Assembly (NCBI GenBank): GCA_951804945.1
Contig: OX638155.1
Coordinates: forward strand, 62,868,001 to 62,932,000
Source of the DNA: Podarcis cretensis
Lineage: Eukaryota
DNA: 64,000 nt
Direction: 5' to 3'
The position numbers and the translations under genes were made by a program. Numbering within the stretch: position 1 is the first letter of the stretch; every line of letters begins with the position of its first letter. Shown here piece by piece: positions 50,438-62,446 of the stretch. The notes beneath the pieces were generated by a model. The model worked only from the letters and a program-made list of their open reading frames with translations, made no database searches and had not been told where the DNA came from.

Positions 50438-51604
50438 TAATCCACTGTGGTGTTTTCTTTTCTGCTCCCCTCACAGAGAGTCAAATAGAGGGTCTGAAAA
50501 CTGGAGTGTTAGTATACAGTACTGATATTCAGAAGATATATACTGTATATATTGGTATACAGAGGCAACTAGGTTATTGTATTGCTTCCTGTTCTGCCTA
50601 ATTCATTCAGAAACAAGTTAAACGTGATGAAGGGGAGGGGCCCAGCCCTGAAGCACCAGGAGGTCTACCTCAAAGGGAGCCCAACTTGAGAAAGGGCTCT
50701 CTACGTACACATGGATGCAGCAAGCACTTGAGAAGTGCATTGCCAGCACAAAACGGATTGCAAGCATTTCAGCAGAATGTGCTTTAGATGTACAAATAGT
50801 GTGGGACAGGGATGGCATGGAAATGACATTGTTTGTAAGGCCCCCACCCGAAAAGGCACCTGGATCCAGTGCTGAATGCACATTATGACACAGTGTGTAC
50901 ATACCCAAGGTCATCTTGTTTGTCTTTGTGGTGTCATCAGATACCAAAATCTGATTAGCTGCATTATGTCATGGGGAATCTGATTTAGAGTGAGGTGCTT
51001 CCTGCCCTTGCTTTGCTTTGGCTGTGTGATAAGGGATGATGTAATATTATCACCTTGCCTATGTGACGCCCGATTGGCTAGAATTGCCTTGGGAAAATCG
51101 CCCGGGGAGGGGGCTTAGAGTACTGCAAAAGAGTGCAGAAAATGGACCTGGAAACAGCAAGTTAGCAGCACAAGAATAAGAAAAGCAAAGGGGTTCCTGT
51201 GAAATTCCCCCTCCACAGTTTGTGTCTCTACCTTAATCAACATCAGTATAACACCACTGAATTTAAAAGGACAGTTGAAGCTCTAAAAATTCTCAACCCA
51301 TATTTATTTCTACTTGATAGGATGAATAAAATACGTATTCATACATACCAGATGGGTGGAGTATAAATAGTAAAATTATTATTACATATACATACATATT
51401 ATATTTTTTCTATTCTCAGAGGCACCTGATGTAAAAAAAAATTGATATTAATATTAATGTCTGAGTAAGAATAGTTAAAGTGAAGGTAGAATGCTGTCTA
51501 TATTTCTATAATTTAACTAAAAGCATTTAACGAAAGCAGGGGTCTTCAACCTGTTCCCTTGAGCACCAATGACTTGATTTAACCACACTTATCTTGTAAT
51601 GCTA

Positions 51605-51932
51605 GGGACACGGGTGGCACTGTGGGCTAAACCACAGAGCCTAGGACTTGCCGATAAGAAGGTCGGCGGTTCAAATCCCCACGATGGGGTGAGCTCCCGC
51701 TGCTCGGTCCCAGCTCCTGCCAACCTAGCAGTTCGAAAGCACATCAAAGTGCAAGTAGATAAATAGGTACCGCTCTGGTGGGAAGGTAAACAGCGTTTCC
51801 GTGCGCTTAGTCATGCTGGCCACATGACCCGGAAGCTGTACGCCGGCTCCCTTGGCCAATAAAGCGAGATGAGCACTGCAACCCCAGGGTCAGCCACAGC
51901 TGGACCTAATGGTCACGGGTCCCTTTACCTTT
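51605..51932 (+). mobile_element. Sauria SINE, full length
   Basis: GGGACACGGGTGGC.. head and CCTTTACCTTT tail, with a perfect 16-bp TSD TTATCTTGTAATGCTA (51589-51604 / 51933-51948). Confidence 0.95.
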
Positions 51933-52184
51933 TTATCTTGTAATGCTACCATTGTTAAGGGCCGAGATCTCTCAAGCTTCTCATCTCAGCTTGGGAAGCC
52001 AAACGATAACACCATTTTCTCTATGGGTCTTTGATGAAAGAGGGCCAGTGTGACAAGAAATCAAAGGAAGGCCCCTTGACACTGGCTGTCAAGTAGTGCA
52101 AACAAAGGTTGGTGGATTTTCTCTTCAGGTGGTTGCAGTAGTTTGAGTAACAGAGCTTGCTTGCCTTTAAATGGAGTCACCCAT

Positions 52185-52342
52185 GGATAAGATAGCTCTG
52201 TTGGGTAGAACATGGTGCTGATAACACCAAGGTTGCAGTTTCAATCCCTGTATGGGACAGCTGCACATTCCTGCATTGTAGGAGGTTGGACTAGATGATC
52301 CTCAGGGTCCCTTCTACAACTCTGCAATTCTGTGATTCTATG
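52185..52342 (+). mobile_element. tRNA-Ile-derived SINE with CR1 3' tail
   Basis: The head TAGCTCTGTTGGGTAGAACATGGTGCTGATAACACCAAGGTTGCAG..TCAATCCC resembles tRNA-Ile; the tail is GGTCCCTTC..ATTCTGTGATTCTATG. Confidence 0.75.
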
Positions 52343-52580
52343 TACAGTATTACTAAAACTGTATGTGGTTATGTCCATTTTCACATACATATATGCCGAA
52401 ACCTAAAATTTCATCACACATGCAAATTCATTCAGGGACTAAATCAGCTAAAAGTTTTGTCTTAACGTGAAAAATGAAAGCTAAATTCTGAAAAAGAATT
52501 TGAAGAACAGGCAGGAATATGTATGGCTCTTGAACTAGAACAAACAGAACTGTTAATCTGTCTCCTTTGCCAAGCACTTC

Positions 52581-52585
<5 letters not shown>

Positions 52586-52663
<78 letters not shown>
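52586..52663. repeat. Compound (GT)n(GA)n microsatellite
   Basis: Read directly from the sequence. Confidence 0.95.
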
Positions 52664-52667
<4 letters not shown>

Positions 52668-53343
52668 ATGCTCTCAGGACAAGCTGAACATGATGCCACT
52701 TCAGTTAACACAAAAGTGACAAGATATTGCTAGATGGTTGCTAATGCACTTGCATTTCTGCTTGAGAATATGGAAAAATGAACAGCCTTGAATTTAACTG
52801 GATTGTATTAATGGATCCAAACACAGAAACTTCACAGCATTTACATAAACATCAGGGGATAAGAGTTAAAAACAAAGACTGTTCAAATGTATTACTTCTC
52901 CTGTTTGGTTGTGGGGGTTTTTTTTTTCCTTTTCCCTTAACACTCAAGATAGAATACTTAGTTCATTTTCTTGCACCTCGTGATAGTAAGAGTAAAGAGG
53001 TGTGAAACTAATATAGTAGTGTGCTTCCCAAAAATAAAAAATAAAAAAATGTGTTCCAGCGGTTTCCTGTCTGGTTCAGTATAGGTTCAAAGTTTGCACC
53101 AAGGACTGATGCTGGGTTTTGGCACTGTGTTGTCAAAGAACAAGAAACAGTATACACAAACATAGCTGCCGAGAAATCATATGTTGGTTCCAGGATACTG
53201 TAAAGAGTTATAGAAGTGGTGAAAAACCTGTGGCCCTCCAGCCAGCTAGCAAATGGTCAGTTTTGGGATGTGAGATTAATCATAACAGAGTACCAGCACC
53301 TCTTCTTTTGCTACCTACAGCAGCCAATTTGTAATAACAACTA

Positions 53344-53682
53344 CATATCCTCCGACTGTCCTGAGAAAACCGGGACATGCCCTTTTTCCTCGTGAGAGCA
53401 CAGTGGCCATTTGGGGCACTGTGATCTCATGTGATTTCACACCACAATTTGCCCTCGAATAATTGCTTTTTACAGGTACAGTATCCCCAAACGTGTGTAT
53501 CTGACCACAGCATGAGATTGAGGTCCTGGGGGAAAAAAAGATTTTTCAGGGGAAATCATCACATGAAATCATGCAAGATCACAACGCCCAAAATAGCTGC
53601 CATGGTCTCACAAGAACAAATGGGAAGATGCACCCCAGAAGATGACATCCTTGTTTTTCGCTTTCATATGTTGGAGGGTATG
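53344..53682. mobile_element. Non-autonomous DNA transposon with CATA(C/T)CCTCC TIR
   Basis: CATATCCTCCGAC / GTTGGAGGGTATG termini with inverted subterminal arms (CATGTGATTTC / GAAATCATG). Confidence 0.6.
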
Positions 53683-53854
53683 TAACCACAGCACTTTTAT
53701 CAATATATGTGTAAACAGCACCTCTTCTTTTCTTTTTTCCAAAAAAGAAGCCTGGAGGGTCACAGTTTGCTCAGCCCTGATTTATGGGTTCCATTCTTAT
53801 TGAAACCAATCAGATAATGCAAGCAAAGCTTTAGGAACCTGACTCAAAGTTAAT

Positions 53855-54677
53855 TCTATTTTATATATATATATAATATTTTTATTCAATTTTTCCAATA
53901 CAAAATTTATACAGTTCATACATCTTTTTTTTATCTCTATTCTCTTTTTGACTTCCCTCAACTTGACTGATACTCCTTCCCTTCTTAATTTCTTACACAT
54001 TTCTAAAATCTTACTTCCATTGTTTTTATAAATTAGTTCTTATTTTTGCTCACTTACTAACGTTTCTTCTCACAGAGCTTCATTACAAACGTATTTGGTT
54101 ATCACTTAATTTATGCATATATTCTATAAACTTTTCCCAGTCTTCTGTGAATCTCTAATCTCATCGATTTCGGATCCTTCCCGTCAATCTATCAAGTTCT
54201 GCATAGTCCATCATCTTCATTCTCCATTCTTCTAACGTAGGTAGCTCCTCTTGCTTCCATTTCTGGGCCATCAATATTCTTGCTGCAGTCACTGCATATA
54301 AAAATAACTTCCTTTCTTTCTTATTTATCTCATTCCCTTTAATACCAAGTAAAAACGCTTCTGGTTTCTTGACAAATGTATATTTAAACATTTTCTTCAA
54401 TTCATTATATATCATTTCCCAATTCATTATATATCATTTCCCAAAATACATCATCGATACTTTCTTACACTCCCACCACATATGATAGAATGTACCTTCT
54501 TTTTCTTTACATTTCCAACATTTATTACATCCCTTGTACATCCTTGCTAACATACAATCGATACATCATTTTCATCACATTTTCTTTAATTGTTATACAT
54601 GCAGTGAATCTTAAACCTTCTTTCCATAATTTCTCCCAATCCTCCATTTGTATATTATATCCAAAATCTTTGGCCCA
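53855..54677 (-). mobile_element. L1 LINE 3' fragment (ORF2 C-terminal cysteine-rich region and 3' UTR)
   Basis: Minus-strand [21 protein letters not shown] and PEAFLLG..AARILMAQKWK motifs. Perfect 14-bp TSD GACTCAAAGTTAAT (53841-53854 / 54678-54691). A 22-bp tandem duplication at 54399-54442 frameshifts ORF2. Confidence 0.9.
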
Positions 54678-55184
54678 GACTCAAAGTTAATACTAGACAA
54701 GAGTATTGGAAATATCAATTGCTGCCACATGGCTAACATGGAATCCATGGTGCAAGAGTAATTTAATTTAATTAAGGTATGTATGGTATCCAAACTCACA
54801 AAAATTGTATGTTTACAGATGGGAGGCAGAAACAAGAACAACTTGAAACCTTTCAGTTGCCCTCAACTAATTACATAAAGAGCGCGCACGCATGCACGCA
54901 CACACACACACATATAACAATTTAACGCTTTCTCATTGTTGAAATAACATAATAGTAGTACATAAAATTACTTAGGATAAGTTGGATTGTAAATATGGGG
55001 AAAGTTTTGCATGCTTTGTTTTGTATTTACATACATATATAGAGAGTACACTGAAAAATTGAGGTTTGATTCCAAAGTATAGGATCATCTTTTCCTAATT
55101 CACAGTGATTTCTGAAGAGGGCAAAGACACACAGTAAAGTGATATACTGAGCTGGTTTTGAGATAGTCTTTACCATCCTGTTTG

Positions 55185-55290
55185 TTATTATTATTCTTTT
55201 ATTTATCATTTATGAAATTTGTATATGACCCTTCATCCCAGGATCACAGGGTGGTTCACCACATAAAAATACAAAATGAGAACACAAAAA
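55185..55290 (-). mobile_element. L2 3' tail fragment
   Basis: AAATTTGTATATGACCCTTCATCCCAGGATCACAGGGTGGTTCAC; homologous to 59150-59240 and 32337-32400. Confidence 0.6.
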
Positions 55291-55387
55291 TACCATCTTT
55301 GCCAGCATTTTGAGTTGCTATGCTTTAGCAAATGTCCAACCCATAATTGCAACTGCTTAGACTGATTGAAATCAATGAGCTCAGGTA

Positions 55388-55830
55388 AGGGATGGAGGAG
55401 CAATTCAATTCAGTACACATTTAAAGCCAGCTCTATCCAATTTGAAATTTCTAAAATAGTATATGAACCAAAATGCAGTTATCTTTCAAATTCTCACTTA
55501 TCCAAATTTTACAGTACAGAACTCCCAACTAAACAATGTTTATAAAATGCATATGTTAAATGGAAATGTGGATAAAAATGAATATATTAGTGAAAATAAT
55601 GTACAAAATGCATTATATTAGCTGAAAATGCTTGCAAAAATGTGTGCATTGGTCAAAAAAGTCAGGTTTTCTTGAGCTGTGACTCCTGCATTGCAAGAGG
55701 TTAAACTAGATGACCCTCGGTGTATCTTCCAACTCTACAATTCTATGATTTTATTATATTCACAGTAAAATGCTGGTGAATTTTTATTTAGAAAATTCAC
55801 AAACTGCTGCAAAATTCCTAGCTCATATGC
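55388..55830. mobile_element. Old DNA-transposon-like element with a nested CR1-type tail (55683-55750)
   Basis: AGGGATGG start and an AT-rich body similar to 12737-13259, interrupted by CCAACTCTACAATTCTATGATT. Confidence 0.45.
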
Positions 55831-56101
55831 ACTCAACACTACGTTGGCCTCACACTTCAGAGGATAATGTCTTCTTATCCTTCTTGAGTCAATGGCCTTG
55901 CTCACATAGCACAGATCACAATAAGCCAGAGCATTAATAATAGTATTGATTAATTTTATTTCCTGCCCTTCATCCCAAAGGAGCCCAGGGCACCCAACAT
56001 CAAAATAGTAAAACAATATGATTTAAGAGAAAATAAAAACATATTATAATTTTAAAAGAAAATTTTAAAACCATCTAAACCATTTAAAATCTTTTAGAAC
56101 A

Positions 56102-56104
<3 letters not shown>

Positions 56105-56138
<34 letters not shown>
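56105..56138. repeat. (TA)n microsatellite
   Basis: Read directly from the sequence. Confidence 0.95.
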
Positions 56139-56141
<3 letters not shown>

Positions 56142-56538
56142 GAGCTTACCATGACCTGCTTTGCTTATCCAAATGTACTGGTTCCTGCTTTGCTCATCCC
56201 TGAGCTTTTTAGGCCAGCACCGGATGGCAGCAAAGCAAAGGGTTGGTTTAGCTGTTCAACTGAACCTGGGGGCATGGTCAAGGTCTTTCCTCCTTAACCT
56301 ATCCTATAAGCCTAGGACCAGAATCATAATTTGGACAACTTGCTAAGTCAGACCTCAGCACAGCTGCCACACCACACCGACCAAAAAAGCCCAGGTAGGC
56401 GCGATGTCACAAGGCTTAATGTAATGTGCGGATTCAGCCACAGTAATTTCCTTATCGGAAGGTGTGAAGGAGGATTCCAATGGGACTGTGCCTCTCAGTA
56501 TATAAGCAACTGCAGAAAATGTGACCTAACAAAAGATG

Positions 56539-56914
56539 AAATAAATAAAATAAATACAGTGGTACCTCAGGTTAAGTACTTAATTCGTTCCAGAGGTCCA
56601 TAATTAACACGAAAATGTTCTTAACCTGAAGCACCACTTTAGCTAATGGGACTTCCTCATGCTGCCGCCGCGCCACCGGAGCACAATTTCTGTTCTCATC
56701 CTGAAGCAAAGTTCTTAACCTGAAGCACTGTTTCTGGGTTAGCGGAGTCTGTAACCTGAAGCGTATATAACCTGAAGCGTATGTAACCTGAGGTACCACT
56801 GTAAATAAATTGTCCAATAGCACCTTAGAGACCAACGAAGTCTCTAAGGTGCTACTGGACAATTTTTTTATTTATTTTGACTGTATCAGACCAACCCGGC
56901 TACCTACCTGAATG
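56539..56914. mobile_element. Penelope-like terminal fragment with inverted arms
   Basis: 26-bp inverted arms at 56807-56832 / 56840-56865 and the end CAGACCAACCCGGCTACCTACCTG. Flanked by TAACAAA(A/G)GATG (56527-56538 / 56915-56926). Confidence 0.75.
56557..56801. mobile_element. Tc1/mariner MITE, family A, nested in the PLE fragment
   Basis: TA|CAGTGGTACCTCAGGTTA ... TAACCTGAGGTACCACTG|TA. Confidence 0.92.
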
Positions 56915-57964
56915 TAACAAAGGATGCCTCTGATGCTGAGTAGGGGCCTTCCAGCCCTGAGTATAGAAAGCATTGTCCCGTCCCACCCCCAAAAAATGAT
57001 GCAGCCACCATTAAAAAAAATAAAATTCAAAATGGTGTATAATAACAAAAAATAAATAAATCTGTATTTTCTTAATTTCTACTCTATTGTTGCAGTATTA
57101 CCATGGTTCCGCCAAGACCCCCTGGGCATGTGGGAGCTGATTACAGTGGCACCTAGTGGTGGCGGTTCCATCAACTGAAGGCTTGCTGCAGCTTGGCCGA
57201 GCTGCTAACTTTCATTGTTCCAGAAGGCATGCTGCATTTTGTCTCCTCTCATTATGCAGCCCTCAAGGAGGCTTGTAAGATTACTCTCTGAAGATGCAAG
57301 AATTGGTTAATTTTACACCGTTTCTCCCTGTCATTATAATCTTTGCCACAAGAATAGCTCCATTCTGTGAAATGTTCTGTTCTCAGCACAGCCATTGTCA
57401 TGTGAATGAGCTATCATTGAAGCCTAATGCCCGAGATGCTTTCTTCTCACATTCATGACATTTGTATTTCAGTGACAAAGATTACAGGGTGGGGTGGGGG
57501 AGAGAAGGAAGGAGGATCGGAGTGAAAGAAATTTAATCCGAGCTCTTGATCATTTTTAAATTCTAATTTTATGGTCTATTCTACCTCTTGATGCAGAAGC
57601 ACTTTCCTTCATTTACTTAAGAAAAAAATAAAAAAGAGAAGAATTGAACACATGAAACTAAGCCTTGGGATGTTTGCGTTCTAATGGTCTCTGCATTACA
57701 GTTGCCATATCAGTGTAAATTGCTAGTGGGGAGAGACTAAAAGCCATGACATTCTAATTTTCACATATATGACATGTGCATTATTGGAGCTCTGATAGGA
57801 GCAGAGCAGGATGGATTGTGTATTGTATTATGATCGTGTGTGTGTGTGTGTGTATGTGTGTGTTTTTCTGGGGGATGCATCAGAACTCCATGTGCACCAA
57901 AGATTCAGGGATCAATTATATAGGAAAATATTTTGATGTATTTTTTCCCCCTGAAGTGGAACAA

Positions 57965-58100
57965 AACAGCAGCACCTGCTTTTCATGTAAAAGGTCCCAG
58001 ATTCAGTCCCTAGTATCTTCAATTAAGGCTGGGAAAGAATCCTGTCTGAAATCCTGGAGAACCCCTGCCAATGTGTGTAGATACTCTGGCTCTTGGACAA
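57965..58100 (+). mobile_element. Squam2-like SINE fragment
   Basis: AGCACCTGCTTT..AAGGTCCCAG..GGCTGGGAAAGA..CTGAAATCCTGGAGA. Confidence 0.6.
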
Positions 58101-58729
58101 CAACATTTCACTTGTTGCCAACAAACAACCAGAGAAGAGGCTACGGTAGGCAAGCCTTCTTACGGTATGTTACCTGGAATCCCACATGGCGTGGTTACCA
58201 AGCAAGAAACCCAGGTTCTTATTCAGGGGCACCAGCTCCTGAGGGCTGAGCCCTTTGGGCCATCACCCCCCAATATTTTTGGGGTGGCAGCCTCTCCCCA
58301 TGTCAAAAAAGCATGGAGGCAAGGCATGGAGCTGAGTGTGGCACAGCTGCAGTGGCTGGCTCCTTCTTCTCTTCCTCCTGATGCGGAGTGGAAGGAGGGT
58401 CAAAGCAAACTCCCACTGGAGGCTGGAGGTGGTGCAAGGCGGAGGCAGAGTCACCAGCCATTGAAGCCTCATGGCTGCCGCATTCGGCTCTGCCCCAGCT
58501 CCTCCTAACATTGTGACATCACGCACAACATTGGGTCTCCCCAGTTATCCTCACAGGCTGGTGCCTCTGTTTTAGTGACCCCTCCCAGTTTAGAGAAAAG
58601 GTAGACAACATTGGTTTAGTGGGGAGAGTATGAGGCTTTGTGTTCCCTCTGTTCCTAAGACTGGAAAAATAAACATACATGGACAGGAAGCAAAGGTACA
58701 GGGCAGGAGGCAGCAAGGAAGAGAGAACC

Positions 58730-59028
58730 CAGAGGTGTAGGGAGTGGGGTGCGGGGGCTGCAGGGGGGTGCGGTCCACCCCGGGTGTCGTGACTGAGGGG
58801 GGTAACAAAATGGCAGGCGAGTGGACCTTGTGCCTGGCGGCAACAGCTCCATTTCTGGGTCATACCTGACCCGGCTGCAGAGAGCATGAGGAGAGTGAGC
58901 AGCAGCTTCCCACCCCTCTCTTACCCTGAACTGTGGCGTGTGGGAGGGCACCCTCCATGCCCCTCGGGAATGTGCCCCCCCCAGGAGCGCACCCACCCTG
59001 GGCACTGCAGGCATATGCCCCACTGCTG
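58730..59028. mobile_element. GC-rich hAT-type MITE
   Basis: CAG...CTG ends with a perfect 8-bp TSD AGAGAACC (58722-58729 / 59029-59036). Confidence 0.7.
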
Positions 59029-59302
59029 AGAGAACCTGCTAGGGTTGTCGCAGTCCTGGTGGGCAGAAAACCCCTGAAGGTAGGCAAGGACTGAACAAGT
59101 GGTCACTGTATTCCTTTCATATGCAACTATTATTATTACTATTTATTATGTTAATTAAATTTGCATATCATCCTTCATTCAAAGATCGCAGAGTGGTTGA
59201 CAACATAAAAAGACAAAATGAGAACACAAAATATATAAAAGCAAAAACAAATAAATACCCCCCCCACCCACTCACACAAACACATTTACAAGGACATAGA
59301 AT

Positions 59303-59838
59303 AGTTAAAGGTAGGTAGCCATGTTCGTCTGCCGTAGTCGAAACAAAATTTAAAAAATTCCTTCCAGTAGCACCTTAGAGAGCATGCACACAAAAGCTCA
59401 TACCAATAACAAACTTAAGGTAAAGGTAAAGGTACCCCTGCCCGTACGGGCCAGTCTTGACAGACTCTGGGGTTGTGCGCCCATCTCACTCAAGAGGCCA
59501 GGGGCCAGCGCTGTCCGGAGACACTTCCGGGTCACGTGGCCAGCGTGACAAAGCTGCATCTGGCGAGCCAGAGCCGCACACGGAAACGCCGTTTACCTTC
59601 CCACCAGTAAGTGGTCCCTATTTATCTACTTGCACCCGGAGGTGCTTTCGAACTCCTAGGTTGGCAGGCGCTGGGACCGAGCAGCGGGAGCGCACCCCGC
59701 CGCGGGGATTCGAACCGCCGACCTTTCGATCGGCAAGCCCTAGGCGCTGAGGCTTTTACCCACAGCGCCACCCGCGTCCCTTATAACAAACTTAGTTGGT
59801 CTCTAAGGTGCTACTGGAAGGAATTTTTTTCATTTTGT
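59303..59838. mobile_element. Penelope-like terminal fragment with inverted arms, interrupted by a SINE
   Basis: GGTAGGTAGCCATGTT.. end; perfect 30-bp inverted repeat at 59352-59381 / 59800-59829; 13-bp duplication AAGGACATAGAAT (59290-59302 / 59839-59851). Confidence 0.8.
59418..59782 (-). mobile_element. Sauria SINE, full-length young copy
   Basis: Intact A and B boxes, CpG-rich, (ACCTTT)n tail, and a perfect 12-bp TSD ATAACAAACTTA (59406-59417 / 59783-59794). Confidence 0.95.
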
Positions 59839-60217
59839 AAGGACATAGAATGTGCATCAGTCCAAGGCCTGGTTAAAGAGTAACATTTTTGCCTGGCGTC
59901 TGAAGATATGTAGTGAAGGTATCAGGTGAGCCTCCCTGAGGAGAGCATTCCACAAACAGCGAGCCTCCATAGAAAAGCCCCGTTCTCGTGTTGCCACCCT
60001 CTGGACCTCTCATGGAGGAGGCATATGAAGAAGTGTCCCAGATGGTTGTCACAGCATCTGGGTTTTTTTGTATGGGGAGAGGCGGTTCTTGACTAAACAT
60101 GTGCTTCCTTGGCTGGGCCTTTGAGAAAGGTTGAGGTTGTGAAGATTGTACACCTGGAAGGTACCATAGGCTGCTTTCAAATATTGTTTTGATCTTCCTT
60201 GTAAAAGTTTCAGAGTG

Positions 60218-60570
60218 CAGTGGTGCCTCGCAAGACGAAATTAATCCGTTCCATGAGGCTCTTCGTATAGCGGTTTTTTCGTCTTGCGAAGCAAGCCCAT
60301 TGACAGCTTAGCGGATTAGCGCTATTAGCGGTTTAGCGGCTTTTAGCGGATAAGCTGATAAGCGGCTTATCAGCGGATCAGCTGATAAGCGGCTTAGGGC
60401 TTAGGAAAAGGAGGGGAGGGAAAAAACACCACAGGAACTCGCAAGACATTTTCGTCTTGCGAAGCAAGCCCATAGGGAAATTCGTTTTGCGAAGCGCCTC
60501 CAAAACGGAAAACCCTTTCGTCTAGCGGGTTTTCCATCTTGCGAGGCGTTCGTCTTGCAGGGCACCACTG
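60218..60570. mobile_element. Tc1/mariner-type MITE with an internal TTAGCGG array
   Basis: 22-bp TIR CAGTGGTGCC(TC/CT)GCAAGACGAA, flanked by TG on both sides. Confidence 0.85.
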
Positions 60571-62277
60571 TGTATGCTTTTTAGATTTGATGTTATACTG
60601 TTTTGCCTATGCACCTTACTGTAGGACTATTTGCAAAGGACATATGTTATAAATACTGCGAGTCAGTAATTTTTTAAAAAATGCACAACTACTTGGACAC
60701 AAGTGGTTCATTGTTAGACTACAATCCTATACACAATTACATGGGAGTAAGTCCCATTGAACTCAGTGGGCATAGGCTCCAACTGTTTGGAGGCAACACG
60801 TACTAAACTGAAATTATTGGCAAATAGATAGTTTTGTGGTAGTAATCAATGGCATGGCACTACAGACGTTTAAATGTAGGAAAGAGTGTTATTGCTTCAC
60901 TGTTTTGTTTTACTTATTTACTGGTTTTTATCCTGTATTTTATTCTGTGAACTGCCCTGAGTTCTTTTGATAAATCTAATAAATAAAATAAATAAAGACC
61001 TCTCCAAACCAGATTGCACCACTTTTAAAGTGGCTTCTATGCAGCACATCACACTTCTGACAGTCCACCTACATTTCATTTCTCCCTCAGCCTCCCCATC
61101 TCAAATACAGCTTAAGCTTACCTTGCTATTTTATGAGCCCCGGAGTTCCTTCTATTTTAGCAGGTAATTTCATGGGGAGGGGGTGTTTCAGGATGCACAT
61201 CAAGGGGTAAATTATTACGGCATGGCAAGCAAAACATTCCTATCTGAGACATTTTATTTGCGGTGATTTTTTGTTCCTGACCAAGGATTCAAAATAATTG
61301 TTTTTTTGATGATCTTTCATGCAGTGTGACTGTAAAGAGAAATCTGAACTGTCAGAATGATATCTGGATAGCTGTCAGGGATCCACTATGCAGTCACATT
61401 CAGAGATTTTAATTGCATTCAAACAGCATACTATATGTCAAAAAGGCCACCCCCTCCAATCCCAATTCATTGTGTAAAGAAACTTTTAAAAATATTTTTT
61501 CCTACAAGCTAGATAATACTGAACATTGTAATCCAAATGAACGTCACATATTATCAGTCTTGTTCGCTCTCTTTAAATAAATGTTTGCAGATTCCACTTT
61601 TGATACCGTGAATAGCAAGTCCTCATTATTTTCTGTTTCTACGGGTTAGAGAGTTCTAATGTCAAAATGTAATCTTTGAGATAGTTTCATTTGCCTAGCC
61701 TAACCTCTTTGATCAAATGAGCACCGTTTCTACTTTTCAAAATACTACACTCAGGATCCGTGCATTCTCTTAATCATTGCTCAATTTCTTTTATCTGCGC
61801 TCCTTTCCCCCCCCCTGCACTCATAACAAGACCTGCAAGATCTGAACTCTAGTCCATATTTTTAATGTTACAGTTCTATAGATAATGTATTTTTTTGATT
61901 TAGTTCACAGGTAACCTACTTAAAGATATCTAGATATGTATCTCAGAATTCTTAGATAAAATGTTCAAGTAGTTGATTCCCACATTTGACAACAAAGACT
62001 TTTTTCCCCCCTAAAAAAGAGAGAGAGAGAGAGGAAGAAATCCATAGGGACCTACCTAATAAGTACATGGCTTTACTTTTTCTCCCTATATCACAGGATT
62101 TCGTTTCAGGGTCCCCTTATTTTTCTACACTTGCTTTGGTTTCCTTTTTGCTGTTTGCTTTTAGAGTGCTACAGAAAAATAAAGCCCTCTAATAACTAGA
62201 TAGTAGTTGCAAGATGGGCTATCTTTGAAACTGGGGTAGATGTTCACAAGATGCAATAATTGAGGTGGAATGCAGCA

Positions 62278-62446
62278 ACACAGAAAGCTGCCTTATACCA
62301 CGTCAAGCTATTGGTCCACCTACAGCATTGCACACTGACTGGAGTCACTTTCCCGGGTTTCAAACTGAGGACATTTCAAGCCCTGCCTGGAGATGCCTAT
62401 ATCTTCTGCATGCACAGCAGACGCAGTGCCACTGAGCTACAGCCCA
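62278..62446 (-). mobile_element. Squam2-like SINE (degenerate)
   Basis: AAGCTGCCTTATACC..TTCTGCATGCACAGCAGA..CCACTGAGCTACAGCCC is the reverse complement of the tRNA head. Confidence 0.65.

Larger units (their letters stand above)
59128..60090 (-). mobile_element. L2 LINE 3' fragment interrupted by a PLE and a Sauria SINE
   Basis: (TTA)n tail and 3' UTR at 59128-59302. ORF2 end (GAGCATTCCACAA, i.e. LWNAL on the minus strand) at 59852-60090. Confidence 0.75.

Noticed and set aside
52185-52260. Possible tRNA-Ile gene
   Set aside because: The stems and B box are degenerate and it is fused to a CR1 tail, so it is a SINE head.
59326-59345. Second hammerhead-like motif (CTGCCGTAGTCGAAAC)
   Set aside because: It lacks the CUGAnGA core and a proper stem II.
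60307-60405. Interstitial telomere-like or CRISPR-like array
   Set aside because: The unit is TTAGCGG rather than TTAGGG, it is irregular, has no unique spacers, and lies inside a MITE in a vertebrate genome.
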